DNA of 64,000 nt. It comes from an uncultured Gammaproteobacteria bacterium (lineage in GTDB: Bacteria > Pseudomonadota > Gammaproteobacteria > CAWCPV01). The stretch is from positions 1 to 64,000 of the forward strand of contig CAWCPV010000004.1 in assembly GCA_963797555.1 (NCBI GenBank), written 5' to 3'. Below are positions 13,746 to 23,140 of the stretch, one piece after another. The translations under genes were made by a program, and so were the position numbers. Within the stretch, counting starts at the first letter, position 1, and the number at the start of each line of letters is the position of its first letter. The notes beneath the pieces were generated by a model. That model did no database searches and was not told where the DNA came from. It worked only from the letters and a program-made list of their open reading frames with translations.

Positions 13746-16034
13746 ATGGCAGGTAAGGCAACGACCCATCCGGCATTGGCGTTCACCCCATTCGGCCTCC
13801 ACTTGCCCGTGTTCCCGAACCCCTCCGCAGTGTCTTCCACCCAGTTTATGGCAAGCTTGCCGGAATTTGTGATCGATGCCCTGCAGCGTAGCGTGCTCTT
13901 CCTCGACCTGCTTCGGCAACGTGGCAACGAACAGATCGAGATCACATCGCGGCCAATGGCGACCGTGCTGAGCTTCGACCACGAAGTGCTCATGAGCGGC
14001 CGTTCGCTGCCGGGGCCGATGAACTACGCGCTCTCGCGCATCGTGCCGCCGCCAGGGATCACGATCGATCCGCGCAAACGGCCGGTCGTGGTGGTGGACC
14101 CGCGGGCCGGCCAGGGGCCGGGCGTCGGTGGCTTCAAGGCGGAGAGCGAGATCGGCGATGCCCTGAATGCGGGCCATCCGGTCTACTTCATCGGCTTCGG
14201 GGCGACGCCCGTTCCCGGCCAGCAATTCCTGGACATCGTCGAGGGACAGGTGAAGTTCTTCGAGCGGGTGGTCGAGCTCCATCCGGACGCACCGCGTCCG
14301 TTTGCCATCGGCAACTGTCAGGCCGGCTACCAGACGTTGATGGTGGCCATGCTGCGGCCGGACCTTTTCGGGCCTTGCCTGGTGGCGGGCTCGCCGATGT
14401 CGTACTGGCAGGGCGTGCACGGGAAGAATCCGATGCGCTATGCCGGCGGCCTGCTCGGCGGCAGCTGGCTCACCGCAATGACCAGCGATCTCGGCAACGG
14501 GAAATTCGACGGCACCGCGCTGATCCTGAACTTCGATGTCCTGAACCCGGCGAATTGGCTGTGGGGCAAACAATACGAGGTCTACACCCACATCGACACC
14601 GATGCGCAGCGCTACCTCAAGTTCGAGAAGTGGTGGGGCGACTTCATCCAACTGAACGGCGATGAGATGCAGTTTCTGGTGGACAATCTCTTCATCGGCG
14701 ACAAGCTGACCCGCAACCAGCTGCAGTCGCGCGATGGCACGACCTTCGATGTCCGCAACATCACCTCGCCGATCATCGTGTTCACCTCGTCGGGGGACAA
14801 CATCAGTCCACCGCCGCAGGCGCTCGGCTGGATCCTCGATCTGTATCGGGACGTCGACGACATCCGGGCAACCGGCCGGACGATCGTGTACTCCCTGAAT
14901 CATGAGATCGGGCATCTCGCCCTCTTCGTCTCCGCCAAGGTGGGGGCCAAGGAGGACGAGGAATTCGTGCAGATGATGGACGTCATCGACTGCCTGCCGC
15001 CCGGTCTCTACGAGATGATCATCTCGCCGCGGCCGGCGCACGTGCGCCCGGGCGGCTTCGTCACCGGCGACTGGATCGCCCGCTTCGAGGCCCGCTCGCT
15101 CGACAACGTCCGCGCACTCGGGCGCAACAGCCCCGCGGACGACCGCGCCTTCGCCGCGGTGGCCCGACTGTCGGCACTGAATCTCTCGATCTACCGTACC
15201 TTGATGCAGCCCTGGGTGCGCGCGCTTGCCAACCAGCCGGCGGCGGACCTGGCCCTTGCCCTGAACCCGCTCAGGCTCAGTTACACGATCTTCGCCGACA
15301 GCAACCCCTGGATGAAGGGCGTGCAGGCGCTGGCGGCCGGCGTGGCAGCCTCCCGGCAACCGGCGACGGCCGACAACCCGTTCCTGGCGCTGCAGACGCA
15401 GGTCTCGGACCAGATCACCGCGGCCCTGGATGCCTATCGCGTGGCACGTGACCAGTTACTCGAGCAGACGTTCTTCGGTTTCTATGGCTCGCCGTTCGTG
15501 CAGGCGCTGCTCGGCCTCAACGACGGCAGCGAGGTGCGGTCGTTGCCCGGCATCTCTCCGGAAGCGCTCTCGGCACGACGGGCACAGGCGGACGCGTACA
15601 TGGCGAAGCTGCAGACCGGCGGGTTCGACGAAGCGCTGACCCGGGCGGTGCTGTACGTCACCGCGGCCGAGCGGATGGTTGACCAGCGATGCGCGCTCGC
15701 GTTGAACGTCGCGCGCCAGCAGCTCATGCATCTGTCGCTGATCGAGTTCAAGGTGCTGGTGCGGGACCAGTTCTTCGTGTTGCATCTCGAGCGTGAGCGC
15801 GCGGTGGAGGCGCTTGCGTCCCTGGTGCCGGAGGCGGACGCGCGAAAGGCGCTGCTCGATCAAGTGCAAACGATCGTCGGCGCCGGCGATCCCCCGCTGG
15901 CCGCCGAACGCGACCGCCTGGCCCGACTGTCGCAGGTGCTCCCGGTGCCGATTGAGCCGCCGGTGGCATCGGCGACGTCTGGTGGACCCTCAGGCGCCAG
16001 GGCGCGCTCCCGGCGTTCCAGCCCGTCGCATTAG
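13746..16034 (+). CDS. DUF3141 family alpha/beta-hydrolase (PHA-synthase-like)
   Basis: VVDPRAGQGPGVGGFK.ESEIG, GNCQAG Cys nucleophile box, FEKWWG, GDNISPP; RBS AGGAGA. Confidence 0.88.
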   Translation: MAGKATTHPALAFTPFGLHLPVFPNPSAVSSTQFMASLPEFVIDALQRSVLFLDLLRQRGNEQIEITSRPMATVLSFDHEVLMSGRSLPGPMNYALSRIVPPPGITIDPRKRPVVVVDPRAGQGPGVGGFKAESEIGDALNAGHPVYFIGFGATPVPGQQFLDIVEGQVKFFERVVELHPDAPRPFAIGNCQAGYQTLMVAMLRPDLFGPCLVAGSPMSYWQGVHGKNPMRYAGGLLGGSWLTAMTSDLGNGKFDGTALILNFDVLNPANWLWGKQYEVYTHIDTDAQRYLKFEKWWGDFIQLNGDEMQFLVDNLFIGDKLTRNQLQSRDGTTFDVRNITSPIIVFTSSGDNISPPPQALGWILDLYRDVDDIRATGRTIVYSLNHEIGHLALFVSAKVGAKEDEEFVQMMDVIDCLPPGLYEMIISPRPAHVRPGGFVTGDWIARFEARSLDNVRALGRNSPADDRAFAAVARLSALNLSIYRTLMQPWVRALANQPAADLALALNPLRLSYTIFADSNPWMKGVQALAAGVAASRQPATADNPFLALQTQVSDQITAALDAYRVARDQLLEQTFFGFYGSPFVQALLGLNDGSEVRSLPGISPEALSARRAQADAYMAKLQTGGFDEALTRAVLYVTAAERMVDQRCALALNVARQQLMHLSLIEFKVLVRDQFFVLHLERERAVEALASLVPEADARKALLDQVQTIVGAGDPPLAAERDRLARLSQVLPVPIEPPVASATSGGPSGARARSRRSSPSH

Positions 16035-16051
16035 CCCACGGGGTTGCGACC

Positions 16052-17413
16052 ATGCAGACCAACGTGAACAAGACATTCGATGAGATCACGCCCGGCGATG
16101 CTGCATCGGTCCAGCGCACATTGCAGGTCGGCGACGTCCGGGCCTGGGGCGCGGCCTTCGGCGAAGTGGACATGCTCGCCGGCCCGGGCGAGAGCCAGGG
16201 GGCTGCCGGTATCGTCACGGCCATGCTGACCGCGTTGGCCGGCTCAGCCCTCCCGGGACCCGGGACCTCGATCCGCGCGATCTCGGTGCAGATCAAGGGC
16301 GCGCTGCCGATCGCCGTGGCGATGACGGCGCGCCTCGTCGTGCGGGAGAAGCGCTCGGATCAGGGGATTGTCGTGCTGGACGGCGAGTGCACGGGCCCGG
16401 CGGGTCGGGTCGTCGCGACCGCAACCCTGGACGTTCTGGCGCCGACGACGCGGCAACAGTATCAGGTGGCGGAGCATCGACTCGAGGCGCTGGTCGAACG
16501 CTGCAACGATCTCAAGCCGATGCTGACCGGCGTGGTGCATCCGTGCAGCGCCGATGCATTGGCCGGCGCGGTCGAGGCCTCCGAGGCCGGGCTGATCGTG
16601 CCCGTGCTTTTTGGCCCCGAGGCCGAGATCCGGCAAATTGCCGATGATGCGCACCTGGACATCGACAAGTGCCGGATCGTGGCCACCGACGGCCCCGAGG
16701 ACTCGGCGCTGAAAGCGGCCATGGCGGCTGGCGCCGGTGAGGTCGCGGTGCTGATGAAGGGCAGTCTGCACACCGTCGTGCTCTTGCACGCGATCATGCA
16801 GAAGGAAGCAAAGCTGCGCACCGGGCGGCTGATCAGCCACTGCGCGATGGTGTCGGTGCCGACCTATGCGCGCCGCTTCATCGTCAGCGACGTGGCGCTG
16901 AATATCGCACCCGACACCGACCAGAAGCGCGAGATCTGCCAGAACGCGATCGGTTTCGCGCGTGCGCTCGGCATCGACCTGCCGAAGGTGGCCGTGCTGG
17001 CGGCGGTGGAAATGGTGCAGACCCGAATGCCGGCCACGCTCGACGGTGCGATCCTGGCGAAGATGGCGGACCGTCGCCAGATTGTCGGCGGCATCGTCGA
17101 CGGGCCGCTCGACCTCGATGCCGCAGTGGACCCCGAAGCCGCGCGGATCAAGCAGATCTCATCGCCGGTCGCGGGCCTTGCCGATGTCCTGATCGTGCCG
17201 AACATCGAGGCCGGCAACATGGTCTACAAGAATCTCGCTTTCATGGCCGATGCGCAGACGGCGGGCCTCGTGGTCGGTGCACGGGTGCCGGTGATCCTGA
17301 CCAGCCGTGCCGACACCGCCGCCGCGCGCCGCTTCTCGGCCGCCGCCGCCGTGCTGTACGCCGACGCGCTGGCGCGCGATCCCGCCATCCTGCTGCCCGA
17401 AACCGCGGAGTGA
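16052..17413 (+). CDS. Bifunctional MaoC-like hydratase / phosphate acetyl(butyryl)transferase
   Basis: N-terminal hot-dog segment (LPGPGT), C-terminal LMKGSLHT, DGPLDLD.A, VPNIEAGN, GARVPVILTSRAD. Confidence 0.88.
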   Translation: MQTNVNKTFDEITPGDAASVQRTLQVGDVRAWGAAFGEVDMLAGPGESQGAAGIVTAMLTALAGSALPGPGTSIRAISVQIKGALPIAVAMTARLVVREKRSDQGIVVLDGECTGPAGRVVATATLDVLAPTTRQQYQVAEHRLEALVERCNDLKPMLTGVVHPCSADALAGAVEASEAGLIVPVLFGPEAEIRQIADDAHLDIDKCRIVATDGPEDSALKAAMAAGAGEVAVLMKGSLHTVVLLHAIMQKEAKLRTGRLISHCAMVSVPTYARRFIVSDVALNIAPDTDQKREICQNAIGFARALGIDLPKVAVLAAVEMVQTRMPATLDGAILAKMADRRQIVGGIVDGPLDLDAAVDPEAARIKQISSPVAGLADVLIVPNIEAGNMVYKNLAFMADAQTAGLVVGARVPVILTSRADTAAARRFSAAAAVLYADALARDPAILLPETAE

Positions 17414-17419
17414 ACGGCC

Positions 17420-18598
17420 ATGAGCGAGGCGATCGTGGTCTTCAACGCGGGCTCCACCAGTCTCAAGTTCGGCGCCTACGCGGTGGACGCGACCGGGTCG
17501 CTACCCCTGCTCTGCCGCGGCCGGATCGACAGTATGCACGGCGATCCGCATTTCGTCGTCAACGACGCGGCCGGCAAGCCGTTGGACACCCATGAATGGG
17601 GCGAGGGCCACGCGATCGACCACAAGACAGCGCTGCACTTCGTCATCATCTGGCTGGAAGCCAACCTCGCCGATAGGAAGGTGGTCGCGGCCGGCCACCG
17701 CGTGGTGCTCGGCGGGACTCGCTTCGAGGCGCCGGCGCGAATCGAGGGCGACGTGCTCGACTACCTCGAGTCGCTGGCGGCGATGGAACCGTCGCATCAG
17801 CTCTACAACGTGCTCGGCGCGCGGGCGTTTGCTGAAGTGTTCCCAGGTCTGCCGCAGGTCGCCTGCTTCGACAGCTCGTTCCATCGAACCATGCCGGAGG
17901 TGGCACAGATCTATGCGCTGCCCCGTGAGGTGCGGGATACCGGTGTGCGTCACTGGGGCTACCACGGCATCTCCTACGACTACATCAGTCGGCAGGTATC
18001 GAAGTTCGCCCCTGAGGCGCGGCGGGTGATCGCCGCGCATCTCGGCGGCGGCGCCAGCATGTGCGCGATGCTGGACCGGCGCAGCGTCGAGACCACGATG
18101 GGCTTCGCCGGCGTGTCCGGCCTGCCCATGGCGACGCGCTCGGGCGACGTGCCGCCGGGCGCGCTGTTCTACCTGCTGCGCCGCAAGCTGTTCGAAGACA
18201 CGTCGCTGGAGAACATGCTGTACGAGCGCGCAGGCCTGCTCGGCCTGTCCGGCATCAGCGGCGACATGCGGGTGTTACAGGAGAGCACGGATCCGCGCGC
18301 GATCGCAGCGATCGAGTATTTCGTCTACGCGATGACGAAGTACGCGGGCGCCTATGCGGCCGTGCTCGGCGGGCTGGACGCCTTCGTGTTCACTGCCGGC
18401 ATCGGCGAGCACTCCGCCCCGGTGCGCGCGGCGCTCTGCGGCAAGCTGGCGTGGCTCGGCGTGAAGTTGGACGAGCGAGCGAACACGTCCGGCGGCCCGC
18501 GCATTTCGGCTCCGGATAGCGGCGTGTCAGTCTGGGTCATTCCCACCAACGAGGAACTGATGATCGCGCAGCATACGCTCGCACTCGTTCGTCCTTAG
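17420..18598 (+). CDS. ackA: Acetate/propionate kinase
   Basis: FNAGSTSLKF, GHRVV, CFDSSFH, YHGISY, HLGGGAS, TRSGD, FTAGIGEH, IPTNEE. Confidence 0.93.
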   Translation: MSEAIVVFNAGSTSLKFGAYAVDATGSLPLLCRGRIDSMHGDPHFVVNDAAGKPLDTHEWGEGHAIDHKTALHFVIIWLEANLADRKVVAAGHRVVLGGTRFEAPARIEGDVLDYLESLAAMEPSHQLYNVLGARAFAEVFPGLPQVACFDSSFHRTMPEVAQIYALPREVRDTGVRHWGYHGISYDYISRQVSKFAPEARRVIAAHLGGGASMCAMLDRRSVETTMGFAGVSGLPMATRSGDVPPGALFYLLRRKLFEDTSLENMLYERAGLLGLSGISGDMRVLQESTDPRAIAAIEYFVYAMTKYAGAYAAVLGGLDAFVFTAGIGEHSAPVRAALCGKLAWLGVKLDERANTSGGPRISAPDSGVSVWVIPTNEELMIAQHTLALVRP

Positions 18599-18829
18599 CT
18601 TCCTTAGCTGGACTTTGGAGATTTGACAGGGCGATGGGTCCGGCGCGCTGGCAGCCAGCAAGCTCCGGATCACCCAGCCGGGTGGAACTTACGGCAACCC
18701 GACGGGCAGGGAGCCACGACATGGAGGTGGAACGACAAACCACTAGCTTATTCTACTGCCGGACCTGTCCACCCGATGGGGACGCTCCGGGCAACCCGAT
18801 AAGGTGCCTAAATCATGGAGGTAATAGAC

Positions 18830-19756
18830 ATGAGAAAAAGCAGCTCTTTTGCATCGTTGATATTCATCGTAATTCTTGGCATTGGTGTAGCACTAGCATA
18901 TGCGATGTATAGAGTTTCGGCTAACGTGGCAAGCGCCTGGATTGGAGCCATTGCCTTTGTTATCGCCCTCGGTGTTTCTCTAGCAATTAAGGTTGCGGAT
19001 CAGTGGGACAAGGCGGTGATATTGCGGTTAGGCACATTCCGCGCCCTTAAGGGACCGGGACTGTTTTTCATTATCCCCGTCATCGACGTGATACCTTACT
19101 GGATTGACACCCGCGTGATCACAGGTTCTTTTAAGGCAGAAAAGACCCTTACGAAAGATACGGTGCCGGTGGATGTAGATGCAGTGCTATTCTGGAAAGT
19201 TTTGGACCCCAAGAAAGCAGCCCTGGATGTAGCCGACTATAGAAGCGCCATAAGTTGGGCCTCCCAAACGGCTCTGCGTGATATCATCGGCAAGACCATG
19301 CTTTCGGACATGCTGGAAGGCAGGGAAAAGATTAGTAAGGAGCTACAGAAAATCATTGATGAGCGCACCGAGCCATGGGGCATTAATGTTATTTCGGTGG
19401 AGATCAAGGATGTACTTATCCCCTCAGTCTTGGAGGATGCGATGTCGATGCAGGCGCAAGCTGAAAGAGAACGTCAGGCCCGGGTGATTCTGGGAGATTC
19501 GGAGCGACAGGTGGCGGAGAAGTTTGGGGAAGCGGCCAAGACCTATGCCAACGATCCTATCGCTCTTCATTTGAGGGCTATGAACATGCTTTATGAGGGT
19601 TTGAAGCAGAACGCCACGATCGTCATTGTTCCCAGCACGGTCGTGGAAACCATGCAATTAGGGAGTATTGCGGGGCTGAGCCTTGACCATGGGATTGGGC
19701 CAGGAGCGCGCAAAAAAAGAGAAGGAAAGCGAGATCAAAAAACAATAAGGACTTGA
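18830..19756 (+). CDS. SPFH/band-7 (slipin) membrane protein; possible frameshift near the 3' end (~19680)
   Basis: Two TM segments, GPGLFFIIP, TKDTVPVDVDAV, QAERERQARVILG; lower GC than neighbours. Confidence 0.88.
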   Translation: MRKSSSFASLIFIVILGIGVALAYAMYRVSANVASAWIGAIAFVIALGVSLAIKVADQWDKAVILRLGTFRALKGPGLFFIIPVIDVIPYWIDTRVITGSFKAEKTLTKDTVPVDVDAVLFWKVLDPKKAALDVADYRSAISWASQTALRDIIGKTMLSDMLEGREKISKELQKIIDERTEPWGINVISVEIKDVLIPSVLEDAMSMQAQAERERQARVILGDSERQVAEKFGEAAKTYANDPIALHLRAMNMLYEGLKQNATIVIVPSTVVETMQLGSIAGLSLDHGIGPGARKKREGKRDQKTIRT

Positions 19757-20053
19757 ATGAACGATTAGTGTTGTCGGGAATCGATATCACTTTGCCGCGT
19801 CCGGCAACCAGCGGGGTCGGCCAACGGTTACGCCTATCGTGCGCCGGTGTCCAAAACACTCCGGCGACAGAATAGACAGCGAAAGTCATACCGCACCGCG
19901 GCGACGTTGCTATCTCCCTGGAAACCGCACAAATCCTATCGCAGAGATGATCTGATCGACGGAAGGATAGACGATGATGAAAGCGACTGCAATCACCCAT
20001 GGGCAAGGGCTGCTTGCATTGGTCGGCCGGCGCACCAAGACGGGAGAGTGGTC

Positions 20054-21172
20054 ATGCCTCGACACAACATCCCGTTAGGTAGGATTCTGGGGATTCCGAT
20101 CGGTTTGGATTACTCCTGGTTCGTGATCCTCGCGCTGCTCACTTGGATGCTGGCGGGTAGTTATTATCCCGGCGAGTTCAAGGACTGGCCGCCGCTGCTG
20201 TACTGGTTTATGGGCGCGGTGACGGCCATCATGCTCTTTGTCAGCGTGCTGCTCCACGAACTAGGGCACTCTGCCGTAGCGCTGCGGTACGGAATTCCGG
20301 TGCGCAGCATTACGCTTTTCCTTTTCGGGGGTGTCGCTCAGATGGGGGCGGAACCGCCCAGCGCCAACGCCGAGTTTCTTATTGCGATCGCGGGCCCGCT
20401 CGTGAGCTTGCTCCTCGTGCTCCTTTTCTACACGGTGCAGCCTTTGGTAGCCGGCACGGAACCCCTCTTTGGTCTGGCAAAGTACCTCGCCTACATCAAC
20501 CTGGCCCTGGTCCTGTTCAACCTTATTCCCGGCTACCCCCTTGACGGCGGTCGCGTGTTCCGGGCTATCGTGTGGGCGATCACGGGAAACATGCGCCGGG
20601 CGACCCTCATCGCAGCAAACGTGGGCCGGTTCTTTGCTTTTCTGTTTATCTTCGCCGGCGTCTGGCAGATGTTCACGGGTAACTTTGGCGGCGGGCTTTG
20701 GATCGCGTTCATCGGCTGGTTCCTCGACAACGCGGCTTCCGCTCAGGTGCAGCAAGTGATGTTTCAGGGTGCCCTGGCGGGCCATAGAGTCTCGCAGGCC
20801 ATGAGCACTCATTGCGCCGCCGTTTCCGCAGATCTGCCGCTCCAGCAGTTGGTAGACGAACACATCCTCGGTGGCGGGCAACGCTGTTTTCTCGTCAACC
20901 GCGGAGACAACACCGTTGGTTTTGTGACTTTGCATCGGCTCAAGGAAGTGCCGCGCGCCGAATGGACGACGACGAGTGTGGCTCAGGTGATGCTTCCCCT
21001 GGAACGGTTAAAACGTACCGATTTTGATACGGAGCTGTGGGCCGCACTCCAGAAGATGGACCGCGATGGAGTCAACCAGTTGCCCGTCACCCGGGATCAC
21101 CATTTCATCGGCTTGTTAAGCCGGGAAGATGTCATTAGTTTCCTGCGTACGCTCCAGGAATTGGGAACGTAA
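20054..21172 (+). CDS. Site-2 protease (M50) with C-terminal CBS pair
   Basis: HELGH, IAGPLVS, FNLIPGYPLDGG, CBS-like C-terminus. Confidence 0.9.
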   Translation: MPRHNIPLGRILGIPIGLDYSWFVILALLTWMLAGSYYPGEFKDWPPLLYWFMGAVTAIMLFVSVLLHELGHSAVALRYGIPVRSITLFLFGGVAQMGAEPPSANAEFLIAIAGPLVSLLLVLLFYTVQPLVAGTEPLFGLAKYLAYINLALVLFNLIPGYPLDGGRVFRAIVWAITGNMRRATLIAANVGRFFAFLFIFAGVWQMFTGNFGGGLWIAFIGWFLDNAASAQVQQVMFQGALAGHRVSQAMSTHCAAVSADLPLQQLVDEHILGGGQRCFLVNRGDNTVGFVTLHRLKEVPRAEWTTTSVAQVMLPLERLKRTDFDTELWAALQKMDRDGVNQLPVTRDHHFIGLLSREDVISFLRTLQELGT

Positions 21173-21284
21173 CCGACATAACAACGGAAAGTTTGGGACC
21201 ATAATGAAACGCTCAACAGAGATTACGATTTTGTTTGTGCGTGTCGGTGGCGTGAACTTACCAACGGGTGGAGCCATCGATGAC

Positions 21285-21360
21285 GGGCATTGGCAGCGAA
21301 GGCGTTCGATCTGAATCTGGATGAGATGGAAGACCGGCATCACCTGACGTTTGATACCGC
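21285..21360 (+). pseudogene. Short relic resembling a HAD-family hydrolase
   Basis: AAKAFDLNLDEMEDRHHLTFDT segment; recognition only. Confidence 0.35.
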
Positions 21361-21456
21361 GAACTGGGCAAACTTACGCGGACGACCTGATCCGGGGTCT
21401 TTTCGGTATAGACGACTTGGCGGGCTGGCGCCTGAGCGATGTGAACGGTCAAAGGA

Positions 21457-21564
21457 AAGCAGCAAATCAAGGACAAGCTCATCGCGCACAAGCAGTACAT
21501 CGACAAGCACGGCCAAGACGTGCCGGAAATCCGGAACTGGAGCTGGAGTCGAAAACAAACGTAG
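21457..21564 (+). pseudogene. Orphan 3' end of a second phosphoketolase gene
   Basis: [28 protein letters not shown] closely matches the xfp C-terminus at ~6263-6350. Confidence 0.85.
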
Positions 21565-21670
21565 AAGGAGAACGCGTGGGCGGACATGAACTTTCGAATG
21601 GCATGGGACTTGATCGCAGGCAAATCGTGAAGACTCGCAAACAGAGTCGCGGGACATATCCGGAGGCGTC

Positions 21671-22966
21671 TTGAGCTTCTTTTCCCTGGTCAGCATCCTG
21701 ATCTCGCTCGCGGCCGTCTCGAGCTACGTCAATTACCGTTATATCAAGCTGCCGACGACTGTCGGCGTCATGCTGGTGGCGCTGGTCGCGTCGCTCACGC
21801 TGGTCCTTGTCGGTCCCTACGCCGGAGGGTTCCGCGAGCAGGCAGCGACATTGGTCTCGCAGATCGACTTCAACCAGGTCGTGCTGCATGGCATGCTCGC
21901 GTTCCTGCTGTTCGCCGGCTCGATACACGTGAATATCGGGGAGCTTGGCCGTGAATGGCTGACCATTTCGTCGCTCGCCATTTTCGGGACGCTCGTCTCC
22001 ACCTGCATTGTCGGGGGGGTGACGTGGCTGGTCCTCGGCTGGCTGGGCCTGGGCATTCCATTCCTGCATGCCCTGTTGTTCGGCGCTCTGATCTCACCGA
22101 CCGACCCCATTGCGGTGCTGGGAATCATGAAGTCCGTTGGTGCGTCCCGGCAGCTCCAGGTACAGGCAGCCGGTGAGTCTCTGTTCAATGACGGGCTGGG
22201 CGTCGTCGTCTTTCTGGTTCTCCTGCAGCTCTCCGGCTTGGGCGGAACGCCTGGCAGCGGCGCCGCGGCGCCGACCTCCATGGGAGTCGGCGCGGTGGGG
22301 CTGCTGTTGGTCGAGGAAGTGGGTGGAGCCCTGGTGCTGGGACTGGCGGCGGGAATCGTGACCTACCAGATGCTCAAGCGTGTCGACAACTACCAGGTCG
22401 AAGTCCTGCTCACGCTCGCCCTGGCCATGGGGGTCTATGCGTTGGCAGACGCCCTGCATCTGTCCGCACCGATCGCCGTCGTGGTCGCGGGCCTGTTCGT
22501 GGGCAACCAGGGTCGAGCATTCGCTATGACGGAGAAGACGCGTGAACACGTCGACAGCTTCTGGGAGCTTGTCGACGAGCTTCTCAACGTCGTTCTCTTT
22601 CTCTTGATCGGCTTGGAGCTTCTCGTGCTCCCGATCGAACGCGGATGGCTGGTGGCCGGAGTCCTCGCGATACCGGTCGTGCTGGCGGCGCGCTGGCTGA
22701 GTGTCGCGACAATCATCGGACCGCTCAGTTGGGTGAGGGCGCAGTCGAAAGGGACGATTCCGGTCCTCACCTGGGGCGGCTTGCGCGGAGGCATCTCGGT
22801 AGCCATGGCGCTGTCGCTGCCGGCCAACGACTCGCGCAGTCTGGTGCTGACCCTCACGTACTTCGTGGTGGTGTTCTCGATCCTTGTCCAAGGTTTGACG
22901 GTGGGCCGGGTCATTCGCATGACCAGCGGCCCGACGGCGGCCCCTCAGGCTTCGCCAGGACTTTGA
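21671..22966 (+). CDS. nhaP: Na+/H+ antiporter, CPA1/NhaP family
   Basis: ALISPTDPIAV, GESLFNDG, WGGLRGGIS; many TM helices. Confidence 0.9.
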   Translation: MSFFSLVSILISLAAVSSYVNYRYIKLPTTVGVMLVALVASLTLVLVGPYAGGFREQAATLVSQIDFNQVVLHGMLAFLLFAGSIHVNIGELGREWLTISSLAIFGTLVSTCIVGGVTWLVLGWLGLGIPFLHALLFGALISPTDPIAVLGIMKSVGASRQLQVQAAGESLFNDGLGVVVFLVLLQLSGLGGTPGSGAAAPTSMGVGAVGLLLVEEVGGALVLGLAAGIVTYQMLKRVDNYQVEVLLTLALAMGVYALADALHLSAPIAVVVAGLFVGNQGRAFAMTEKTREHVDSFWELVDELLNVVLFLLIGLELLVLPIERGWLVAGVLAIPVVLAARWLSVATIIGPLSWVRAQSKGTIPVLTWGGLRGGISVAMALSLPANDSRSLVLTLTYFVVVFSILVQGLTVGRVIRMTSGPTAAPQASPGL

Positions 22967-23140
22967 TTGCGACGTGGAGATGAGCCCGAAGCGACCCGGC
23001 GCCCAGCAGTCCATCCCCGCGCATTCGATGCTACGCGTCGTGGCGAATCCAATGCCGCGATGGCAAGGACATGAGCATGACAACAAGTACCCTGCGACTC
23101 ACGAAACCGCGGCATAGCAAAGACAGGAGGAATAGTCATT

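Noticed and set aside
18600-18810. Riboswitch in the ackA-SPFH intergenic region
   Set aside because: No recognisable aptamer consensus by eye; would need an Rfam scan
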